Of a stretch of 64,000 nt of DNA, positions 56,730 to 64,000 are shown piece after piece. This DNA is from Bacilli bacterium. GTDB taxonomy: Bacteria; Bacillota_I; Bacilli_A; RFN20; CAG-826. The DNA lies in contig JAKSVI010000003.1 in assembly GCA_024408095.1 (NCBI GenBank), positions 2,346 to 66,345 of the forward strand, given 5' to 3'. Below the pieces are notes generated by a model. That model saw nothing but the letters and a program-made list of their open reading frames with translations, was not told the origin of the DNA and did not search any database. How positions within the stretch are numbered: the stretch's first letter is position 1; every line of letters starts with the position of its first letter. Made by a program: the position numbers and the translations under genes.

Positions 56730-57683
56730 CTAATCTTGTTTACGTTGTAATCTCACAAGCAAATATCCAAGTACTGTTGCGATAACAAATAATACAACAC
56801 CTAAAATAATTTCAACTTGCATAGATAAAGCGCCTTGTCCGCCGGACATCCAAAGCTTATAATATTGGCCAATTTCATTATTAAAGAATAACGCTATGAA
56901 GCTGCCAGAAATAAAGCCTATTATGCCATAGAATGTTGTTTTATGATATTTTTTAAACAAAATATTCATAATTTTACTTATTAAAAAGAAACCTAATAAA
57001 ACTCCAACAACAAAACACACCAACAAACCTGCTATTGGGCCAAATCTTGACCAGTCGCCATGGAGGCATTCTTTCATAATGGTCACTGTATCTTGAACCA
57101 AAGGCTTATAAAAACCTATTAATAGTAGGATCATACCTCCCGATATACCAGGAATAACCAAAGCAGAGGACGCTAATACGCCAACAGGTATCATCACTAT
57201 ATAAAACCAAGGTTGAGGATTTGCAAATTGACTTGAGACATCTGCTTTTTCGCCAAGGAACAACGATAATAATCCGAGACCTAAAGCAATTATGAAAGCT
57301 ATTATCAAAAATATAATGTCCTTTTTCTGAACAGATTGACCTTTGACTTCGTCTAAGACGCTAGGGAATGACCCTAATATAAAACCTGCAAAAACACATA
57401 CAATTCCAAAAACAAAGTTGTTTAAAGCGTTATCCATCAGAATCATCATTGGTATCAAAGCGATAACGACACCAATTAATACTGGAATTAATACTTTTAT
57501 AGATTTAACAAAATGTCTAAAAATGCCACTTACGGATTCAATAATTTTTTCATAAACTTTGAGGATAACAGCAATTGTACCACCTGAAACACCTGGAATA
57601 GCTGCGCCAACCCCTATACCAAAACCGCCAAGAAAGTTTTTCAAAATCTCTTTAAATTTCATGTTCGTTTTTGAGTATATCAA
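56730..57683 (-). CDS. DUF368 family membrane protein (polyprenyl-phosphate translocase-type family)
   Basis: Duplicated PGVSGGTIAVIL / PGISGGMILLLIG motifs in a polytopic protein. Confidence 0.8.
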   Translation of the reverse strand: MIYSKTNMKFKEILKNFLGGFGIGVGAAIPGVSGGTIAVILKVYEKIIESVSGIFRHFVKSIKVLIPVLIGVVIALIPMMILMDNALNNFVFGIVCVFAGFILGSFPSVLDEVKGQSVQKKDIIFLIIAFIIALGLGLLSLFLGEKADVSSQFANPQPWFYIVMIPVGVLASSALVIPGISGGMILLLIGFYKPLVQDTVTIMKECLHGDWSRFGPIAGLLVCFVVGVLLGFFLISKIMNILFKKYHKTTFYGIIGFISGSFIALFFNNEIGQYYKLWMSGGQGALSMQVEIILGVVLFVIATVLGYLLVRLQRKQD

Positions 57684-57706
57684 AAATATAACTTTTAATA
57701 AAGTTT

Positions 57707-57715
57707 GTGGTATAA
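57707..57715 (+). promoter_or_regulatory. extended -10 promoter element (TGGTATAAT) for pth-mfd
   Basis: TGnTATAAT about 20 nt upstream of the pth start. No good -35. Confidence 0.45.
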
Positions 57716-57734
57716 TTTTTTTCGGAGTTATACC

Positions 57735-58286
57735 ATGAAATTGATTGTTGGATTAGGTAATCCCGGAAGTAAATATGAACACACGAGACACAATATGGGT
57801 TTTGATGTTATTGATTTATTTTCTGATTTAATGATGATTGATATTGACAAAGAAGCCTTTCATGCTGATTTAGGGCGCGGAAAAGTTTTTGATCAAGATG
57901 TCATTTTGTTTAAACCAACAACTTTCATGAATTTATCAGGAACCGCAGTTCAAGAAGTCGTGTCTTTTTTCAAAATTGATATTGATGATATTATTGTTGT
58001 TTTTGATGATATGGCAATTCAGCCTGGCAAAATTAAGCTTCGCAAAACTGGTTCTTCTGGTGGACAAAAAGGCTTTCAAAACATTATTGATTGCCTTAAA
58101 ACAGAAGATATCAAAAGAATTCGTATTGGTATAGGCGAACCACAATGCACTGGCACGGATTATGTTTTATCTAAGCCAAGTAAAGAAGAACGGATTTTAA
58201 TTGATGAAGCAATTTCTAATGCTGTTGAGGCACTAAAGGAGGCATTGAAGTCTAATTTTGATAAGGCTATGTCACAGTATAACTAG
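57735..58286 (+). CDS. pth: peptidyl-tRNA hydrolase
   Basis: ATG at 57735 lies 7 nt after GGAG. MKLIVGLGNPGSKYEHTRHNMGF is the Pth signature. Followed by mfd. Confidence 0.95.
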   Translation: MKLIVGLGNPGSKYEHTRHNMGFDVIDLFSDLMMIDIDKEAFHADLGRGKVFDQDVILFKPTTFMNLSGTAVQEVVSFFKIDIDDIIVVFDDMAIQPGKIKLRKTGSSGGQKGFQNIIDCLKTEDIKRIRIGIGEPQCTGTDYVLSKPSKEERILIDEAISNAVEALKEALKSNFDKAMSQYN

Positions 58287-58293
58287 GAGGTAA

Positions 58294-61200
58294 ATGAACC
58301 TTTTTGACAAAGTCCGCCTTAATAAAGCTATACCCCCCTTTCTTTCGGGAAGTGGGAATTTTGTCGTTGACGATACTTTTGGTATTTCATTATTAACCTC
58401 TATCGCTTATAAAGAATCGGATAACAATTACCTTATAGTTGTTAGTAATTTATATAAAGCACAAAAAGTTTATGATTTTATTTCATCAATAGTTAATAAA
58501 GATAATGTCATTTTATTTCCGAATGATGAACTAATTAGAGCCGAATACTTATCTCAATCAAAAGAAATGGTTTCTGCTCGTATTTTTGCACTTAACGAAA
58601 TATTAAATTCAAAAAGAAAAATAGTAATAGCGAATATATCTGCCGCAACAAAATATTTGCCAAAACCTTCATTATTTACTGCAAATTGCCTATCTTTTTC
58701 GATAAATCAAAAAATTAATATAAATGAGATTAAAAAGCAATTAGTGAATATTGGATATTCACAAGTAAGTAAAATAGATCAATCTCTACAATTTGCTTCC
58801 AGAGGTGATATTTTAGATATTTTTTCTGTCAATTCGGATTATCCGATAAGAATAGAATTGTTTGGAGATGAAATTGAATCAATAAGAGAATTTGAAATTT
58901 CGACACAATTATCTATTAAGAAATTAACGAAAGCATTTATCCTACCAGCAAATGAGTTTTTATTAACTGAAGAAGAATATAAAAGCTCAAAAGATAAAAT
59001 ATTGTTTATTTTAAACAAGGATAAAGAGCACCTTGATTATAGTGTTTTTGAAACGCTTTTTAATGAGACCTATAACGATTTGGGCGATCTATCATCTAAG
59101 AACTTTTCTCAAAGATTGAATAAATATTATGGATTATTAACGGATAATCATTATTCTCTTTTTGATTATTGTAAAAACTATAAAATCATTATTGATGACG
59201 TAGAGTCTATAAAGACTGCGAATTCGTTGATATTAGATGAATCAACATCGTTTTTAAATGAATTACATGAGGCAGGAAAAATTATCTCACATTTAGGTTT
59301 AAATCAAGATATTAATTCTTTAGTAAACTTCAAAAACTGTATTAAAACATCAATGTTTTTAAAGAATTCAAGCGATATATCTTTCAATTTGAAGCCCATT
59401 CCATTTCAATCTAGCAAGACGAGTGATGCAATAAATATCATAAAGTCTTACATTAATGAAAATTATGAAATCCATATATGCGCCAACACAAAAGAATACA
59501 TTAATTTGCTTTCTAATATTTTAGAGAAAGAGTCAATAAAATTTGAATATGTAGATGGATTCGAACTGCCTAAAAATAGTAGAGTGTCTATCTCTTTGCT
59601 GAGTATATCAAATAGTTTCGTTTTAGAAGATGAGAAAATTGTCTATTTAACATGCAATGAGTTATTTAATGAAAAAGTTAAAGTATCTAGATTTGATTCA
59701 AGATTTAAAAGTGGAACAATATTAAAAACATATGAAGATTTGCAGCCTGGTGATTACGTTGTTCATGAATATCAAGGCATAGGACAATTTTTAAAATTAG
59801 AAACTCTAGATAATGATGGGGTTAAAACAGATTATCTTAAGATAGCATATCATGGCGACGAAATTTTGTATGTTCCGTTAGTACAATTTCAACTTGTTAG
59901 GAAATATCTTGGCAAGGAAGGTGTTGTCCCAAGATTATCTAGATTGCATAGTAAAGATTGGGAGAATACTAAACGAAAGATTAAAGAACGTGTCAACGAG
60001 CTTGCTGAACGCTTATTTAATTTATATGTAGAAAGAAACAAAGTGAAGGGATTTCAATTTCAAAAAGATGATGAATTCCAAAAGCAATTTGAAGAAGCTT
60101 GCCCATTTAAACTTACTAAAGATCAAGAAAAATCGTTAACAGAAATAAAAAGCGATATGGAGTCAACTCTGCCAATGGACCGCTTATTATGTGGTGATGT
60201 AGGATTTGGTAAAACAGAGGTTGCATTTAGAGCAATCTTTAAAGCAATTCTCTCTGGAAAACAAGTAGCATTATTGTGTCCAACAACACTTTTAGCGAAG
60301 CAACATTATGAACGTGCAATCGAGAGATTTCGTCCATTTGATGTGGAAATTGCAGTGTTTTCTAGATTAATTTCGCAGAAAAAGCAAAAAGAATATATTG
60401 ATGGATTAAAAAGTGGAAAAATACATTTAGCAATTGGAACCCATAGGCTTTTATCCAAGGATATTGAATATAAAGATTTAGGTTTATTAGTAGTGGATGA
60501 GGAACAAAGATTTGGTGTTGAACAGAAGGAAAGGTTGAAAGAATTGAAGAGCAATATTGATGTGCTTACCTTATCCGCCACACCTATTCCAAGAACACTA
60601 CAAATTTCACTTTTGGGGGTAAGGCAGTTATCTCAAATTAATACTGCTCCACAAGATAGAATGCCAATTCAAACTTATGTCATTCCATTTAAACAAGACA
60701 TCGTAAAAGAATTAATTCAGCGAGAATTAGGTAGAGATGGACAAGTGTTTTATCTCCATAATAACGTGGCAACTTTATATGAATGTGCTAGTAGATTGCA
60801 AAGAATGCTTCCTGGCGTGACTATCGGTGTCGCTCACGGCCAAATGGATAGAGACACAATCGAAGATGTGATGAATAGATTTTATTCAGGTGAAATCAGC
60901 GTCTTAGTATGTACTTCTATTATTGAAAATGGAATAGATATTCCTAATGCAAATATGATTATTGTTGAAGATAGCGAAAACTATGGACTTTCTCAGCTTT
61001 ATCAAATAAAAGGACGCGTAGGCAGAAGCGATAGAATTGCGTATGCATATTTAATGTATAACGAAAATAAAATGCTAAAAGAGAAAGCTCAGAAAAGGCT
61101 GAAAGCTATCCAAGATTTCACAGAACTTGGAAGTGGCTATAAGATAGCACAAAGAGATTTAATGATAAGAGGCGCTGGAGATATTTTGGGCCCTGATCAA

Positions 61201-61764
61201 GCTGGATTTATTGATTCTATTGGATTAGATTTATATATTAAATTGCTTAATGAAGCAGTCAAAGAGAAAAAAGGCGAAAAGAAAGTATCAAACGAGAGTG
61301 AATTATCATTAAAAATTGATAGTTATATACCTAGTGATTATGCCTCAGACAGCGACAAAATTGAGTTATATCAAGAAATATTATCTACAACAACTACTGA
61401 GTCGTTACTTTTGATAAAAAAGAAAGCAAAAGATGTTTTTGGAAAAATACCAAGAGAAGTAGAATTAATTTTTATTAAAAGAAACATCGATATTTTGATG
61501 CACGAATGTGGCATTAAATCAGTAAAAGAAAATAGAAACAACGTTGAGATTAATTTAGGAGACAATTTTGTTACCATAAAAGGAATAGGAAACATATTAT
61601 TTGAACTTTTAATTCCGTATATATCATCTGTGAAAATATCTTATGTAAACCATATGTTTAAAATTGTTGTGACAAAGTCAGATAAATGGCTAAATGATTT
61701 AGAAAATATTCTTTATAGTTTGGTTGAGGCACTTAAAAAGAATAAAATAGAAGAAATTGTATGA
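58294..61764 (+). CDS. mfd: transcription-repair coupling factor
   Basis: 1156 aa. CarD-like GDYVVHEYQGIG, helicase motifs GDVGFGKTEV and VVDEEQRFG, and the TRG region. Conserved pth-mfd synteny. Confidence 0.95.
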   Translation: MNLFDKVRLNKAIPPFLSGSGNFVVDDTFGISLLTSIAYKESDNNYLIVVSNLYKAQKVYDFISSIVNKDNVILFPNDELIRAEYLSQSKEMVSARIFALNEILNSKRKIVIANISAATKYLPKPSLFTANCLSFSINQKININEIKKQLVNIGYSQVSKIDQSLQFASRGDILDIFSVNSDYPIRIELFGDEIESIREFEISTQLSIKKLTKAFILPANEFLLTEEEYKSSKDKILFILNKDKEHLDYSVFETLFNETYNDLGDLSSKNFSQRLNKYYGLLTDNHYSLFDYCKNYKIIIDDVESIKTANSLILDESTSFLNELHEAGKIISHLGLNQDINSLVNFKNCIKTSMFLKNSSDISFNLKPIPFQSSKTSDAINIIKSYINENYEIHICANTKEYINLLSNILEKESIKFEYVDGFELPKNSRVSISLLSISNSFVLEDEKIVYLTCNELFNEKVKVSRFDSRFKSGTILKTYEDLQPGDYVVHEYQGIGQFLKLETLDNDGVKTDYLKIAYHGDEILYVPLVQFQLVRKYLGKEGVVPRLSRLHSKDWENTKRKIKERVNELAERLFNLYVERNKVKGFQFQKDDEFQKQFEEACPFKLTKDQEKSLTEIKSDMESTLPMDRLLCGDVGFGKTEVAFRAIFKAILSGKQVALLCPTTLLAKQHYERAIERFRPFDVEIAVFSRLISQKKQKEYIDGLKSGKIHLAIGTHRLLSKDIEYKDLGLLVVDEEQRFGVEQKERLKELKSNIDVLTLSATPIPRTLQISLLGVRQLSQINTAPQDRMPIQTYVIPFKQDIVKELIQRELGRDGQVFYLHNNVATLYECASRLQRMLPGVTIGVAHGQMDRDTIEDVMNRFYSGEISVLVCTSIIENGIDIPNANMIIVEDSENYGLSQLYQIKGRVGRSDRIAYAYLMYNENKMLKEKAQKRLKAIQDFTELGSGYKIAQRDLMIRGAGDILGPDQAGFIDSIGLDLYIKLLNEAVKEKKGEKKVSNESELSLKIDSYIPSDYASDSDKIELYQEILSTTTTESLLLIKKKAKDVFGKIPREVELIFIKRNIDILMHECGIKSVKENRNNVEINLGDNFVTIKGIGNILFELLIPYISSVKISYVNHMFKIVVTKSDKWLNDLENILYSLVEALKKNKIEEIV

Positions 61765-62021
61765 GATTAGATTTATTGTTGAAACAATCAGGATTGATTA
61801 AACGTAGAACTATTGCAAAAGAGTTCTGTTTAAAAGGACTTGTTTTTATCAATGGCAAAAAACAAAAGCCATCATATGAAGTTAAAAATGACGATGTGAT
61901 GGAGATTATTTTTGGTGAACGCGTTATCACTGTATCAATTTCTTTAGAAAAACAAGGAAAGAAAACTTTGATAACTTTATCAGAAGTGAGTAACTTTAAA
62001 TCTGGTGAATCCGATGCTTAA
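61761..62021 (+). CDS. S4-domain RNA-binding protein (YabO-like)
   Basis: MRLDLLLKQSGLIKRRTIAKEFCLKGLVFINGKKQKPSYEV is an S4 domain. 4-nt overlap with mfd. Confidence 0.8.
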   Translation: MRLDLLLKQSGLIKRRTIAKEFCLKGLVFINGKKQKPSYEVKNDDVMEIIFGERVITVSISLEKQGKKTLITLSEVSNFKSGESDA

Positions 62022-63219
62022 TCTTTCGAAAAATAAAAAATATTTATTAGCTTGTTCATTTGGGCCTGATTCAATGGCACTTTTTAAAATGCTTCTGATG
62101 GAAAATATTGAATTTGAAGTAGCGCATGTCAATTATCATTTACGTGAAGAAGCAATAAGTGAAACTGAAGGATTAAAAAAATATTGTGACGAGAATAAGA
62201 TAAAACTACATATTTTAAATGTTGTGGATATTAACAAAAACAAAAATGTTGAAGAACAATGCCGCATTAAGCGTTATGATTTTTTTGCATCATTAAATAA
62301 GAATAATAATTTTTTTGGAGTTCTCGTTGCTCACCAACAAGATGATTTAATTGAAACCTATTTAATGCAGAAACAGCGACACAATCTTGTTAAACATTTT
62401 GGTTTGAAAAAGCAGACAACAATAAAAGGGACAAAAATCATTAGGCCTCTATTGGGATTCACAAAATCTGAATTAAAAGATTTTTGTGATACCAACCATG
62501 TTCCATATGGTATTGATTCGTCTAACTTAACTGATCACTATTTGCGTAATAGAATAAGGCACAATATCGTTGAAAAATTAAGCGAAAATGAGAAAAAAGC
62601 AATCTTGCAAGAAATTAAACAAGCAAATCAAAAAAATAAAGAAATTTATGCAAAAGTTGCGCAAATCTCAAATAAAATTGATGAATTATGCAATTTGCCA
62701 GACAAGATTTTCTCCATCTATTTAAACTATATAATTGAAACAAAAATAGAAAATTATCACATTTCATTAAGCAGATCTAATTCAATAAAAGAAGCACTTA
62801 AATCTAGTAATCCAAATCTTAAATTTCCTTTAAAAAATGGCTATTATTTTGTCAAGGAATACGATACATTATCCATTAAAAAATTGTTACAAAAAAATGA
62901 CTTTACTTACGTTGTAGTTGCGCCATGTATCCTGGATACTGAATATTTCTTTCTAGATTTCACAAAAACTTCCGAAAATAGGAATGTATTTGATGATTCA
63001 TATCCATTAACTATTAGAAACGCAAAACCTTCAGATGTTATCTGTATAAAAGATTATAAAAGTTCAGTGCGTCGTCTGTTCATTGATTGGAAAATGCCTA
63101 CTGAACTAAGAAAAAGATGGCCAGTAATTTGTGATAAAGCTGGAAAAATTATTTATATTCCAAGGTATAAAAAAGAATTTGTGGTTTCTCCAGAAATTAA
63201 TTTTTTTGTAAAAAGTTAA
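62005..63219 (+). CDS. tilS: tRNA(Ile)-lysidine synthase
   Basis: PP-loop LLACSFGPDSMAL, then AHQQDDLIET. Position immediately before ftsH. Confidence 0.85.
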   Translation: MNPMLNLSKNKKYLLACSFGPDSMALFKMLLMENIEFEVAHVNYHLREEAISETEGLKKYCDENKIKLHILNVVDINKNKNVEEQCRIKRYDFFASLNKNNNFFGVLVAHQQDDLIETYLMQKQRHNLVKHFGLKKQTTIKGTKIIRPLLGFTKSELKDFCDTNHVPYGIDSSNLTDHYLRNRIRHNIVEKLSENEKKAILQEIKQANQKNKEIYAKVAQISNKIDELCNLPDKIFSIYLNYIIETKIENYHISLSRSNSIKEALKSSNPNLKFPLKNGYYFVKEYDTLSIKKLLQKNDFTYVVVAPCILDTEYFFLDFTKTSENRNVFDDSYPLTIRNAKPSDVICIKDYKSSVRRLFIDWKMPTELRKRWPVICDKAGKIIYIPRYKKEFVVSPEINFFVKS

Positions 63220-63316
63220 TTAACAATAGATGTATTTTACTTTATTAAATCATTTTTTATGCTTATAATATACGAGCATATTCTTTGAATACGATTCCCA
63301 TTAAGGAGGACATATT

Positions 63317-64000
63317 ATGCCCGATAATCAACAACCAAATCAAAAGCCAATAAAACGACCATTTCCACTTGGTGCTTTAGTTTTAATTTTGATAGCAATC
63401 GGTCTAATTGTATTTTTTACAGTTAGAGCATTTGGAAATACAGATACATCAACCCATTTACGTCTTGATCAAGTTGCCGAAAAAATAAATGAAGGTAGAC
63501 TTTCTACCTATGGCACAGAACAATATGGTGCTGGAAGACATGTTGTTCTTTATGGTGAATATACCAACGAACAAGGCGCTACTTTTACATATACATGTTA
63601 TTGTGACGACGCTTCTTTTAACGATGCTGTATTTGAATACGCTAAAGATGAAACACATCAAAAAGTTAATATTTCAGGCTTAGTCATTAAATACAATTCT
63701 GATCCAACTGTCCAAACAAAAATTGGATACAAAGTTACTAATCCTTATCAAACCACCTGGTGGGATGAATGGGGTCCAACTCTATTATTAATGGGTGGCA
63801 CATTGTTAATTTGTATTTTCTTATTCTCTCGATTAGCCGGTAGTGTCGGAGCTTCTAATAAAAGCGCTATGGATTTTAATAAGTCCAGGGCAAGAAGAGA
63901 AACACGAAGCAAAGTAAGATTTGCAGATGTTGCGGGCTGCGATGAAGAAAAAGCCGAAATGGAAGAAATTGTTTCTTATTTAAAAGAACCACAAAAATTT
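63317..64000 (+). CDS. ftsH: ATP-dependent zinc metalloprotease FtsH, 5' part (runs off window)
   Basis: AAGGAGG RBS and two TM segments. FNKSRARRETRSKVRFADVAGCDEEKAEMEEIVSYLKEPQKF is the conserved region just before the FtsH Walker A. The frame is open to the window end, so it is absent from the ORF track. Confidence 0.9.
   Translation, partial: MPDNQQPNQKPIKRPFPLGALVLILIAIGLIVFFTVRAFGNTDTSTHLRLDQVAEKINEGRLSTYGTEQYGAGRHVVLYGEYTNEQGATFTYTCYCDDASFNDAVFEYAKDETHQKVNISGLVIKYNSDPTVQTKIGYKVTNPYQTTWWDEWGPTLLLMGGTLLICIFLFSRLAGSVGASNKSAMDFNKSRARRETRSKVRFADVAGCDEEKAEMEEIVSYLKEPQKF

Noticed and set aside
1-64000. Alternative genetic code (TGA=Trp), given the Mollicutes-like Opp genes and AT-richness
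   Set aside because: TGA clearly terminates addB (12596-98, with addA starting 17 nt upstream) and the PHP phosphatase gene (ATGA overlap at 56083-86). All long ORFs are intact under the standard code. Only the pseudogene at 6925 hints at TGA=Trp.
1-64000. CRISPR arrays, tRNA/rRNA genes, IS elements, integrase, long tandem repeats
   Set aside because: Scanning intergenic spacers by eye showed no repeat-spacer periodicity, no cloverleaf-like GC-rich segments and no transposase or recombinase motifs. A manual scan of 64 kb cannot fully exclude short or degenerate elements.

Overview
AT-rich segment (roughly 30% GC by eye) from a low-GC Firmicutes/Mollicutes-like bacterium. It uses the standard genetic code: TGA terminates addB and the PHP phosphatase gene. 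All calls come from reading the supplied ORF translations and the raw sequence; no searches or folding programs were run.

Layout:
- 1-7.2 kb: accessory island. It holds a 5'-truncated Fic gene, several orphan genes, an S-box-like riboswitch, an HTH/WYL-like regulator, an ADP-ribosylglycohydrolase, a motor-only FtsK-like ATPase and a decayed gene remnant.
- 7.3-20 kb: membrane, SDR and DUF1295 genes, addB-addA, a YunG-like gene, two secreted proteins and a DUF3737 gene.
- 20-28.7 kb: surface-decoration locus with UDP-L-FucNAc genes (fnlA/fnlC/fnlB-like) and phosphocholine genes (licD, licC-licA fusion, second licC). Three of its enzymes carry N-terminal HTH domains.
- 28.7-34.6 kb: a 57-aa histone-H1-like gene missing from the ORF track, an enoate-reductase-type flavoenzyme, aconitase-X large and small subunits, a PAP2 phosphatase and an EFR1 ferredoxin.
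- 34.6-39.3 kb: two surface endonuclease-I proteins flanking an IspD/TarI-like gene.
- 40-55 kb: a 1447-aa S8 protease followed by an oversized Opp system (giant OppA, a lipoprotein, oppBCDF with large insertions).
- 55-64 kb: housekeeping genes (PHP phosphatase, yggS, DUF368, pth, mfd, S4 protein, tilS, ftsH 5' part).

No rRNA, tRNA, CRISPR array, transposase or integrase was recognised.

Most interesting:
1. A SAM-I-like riboswitch with a visible terminator/antiterminator switch gates an orphan module inside the island.
2. The island's combination of Fic, WYL regulator, ADP-ribosylglycohydrolase and a split FtsK (motor and gamma domain in separate genes).
3. A conserved 34-aa GCGG-type C-terminal signal shared by two unrelated giant surface enzymes.
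4. A conserved 5'-leader motif shared by two unrelated membrane-protein genes.
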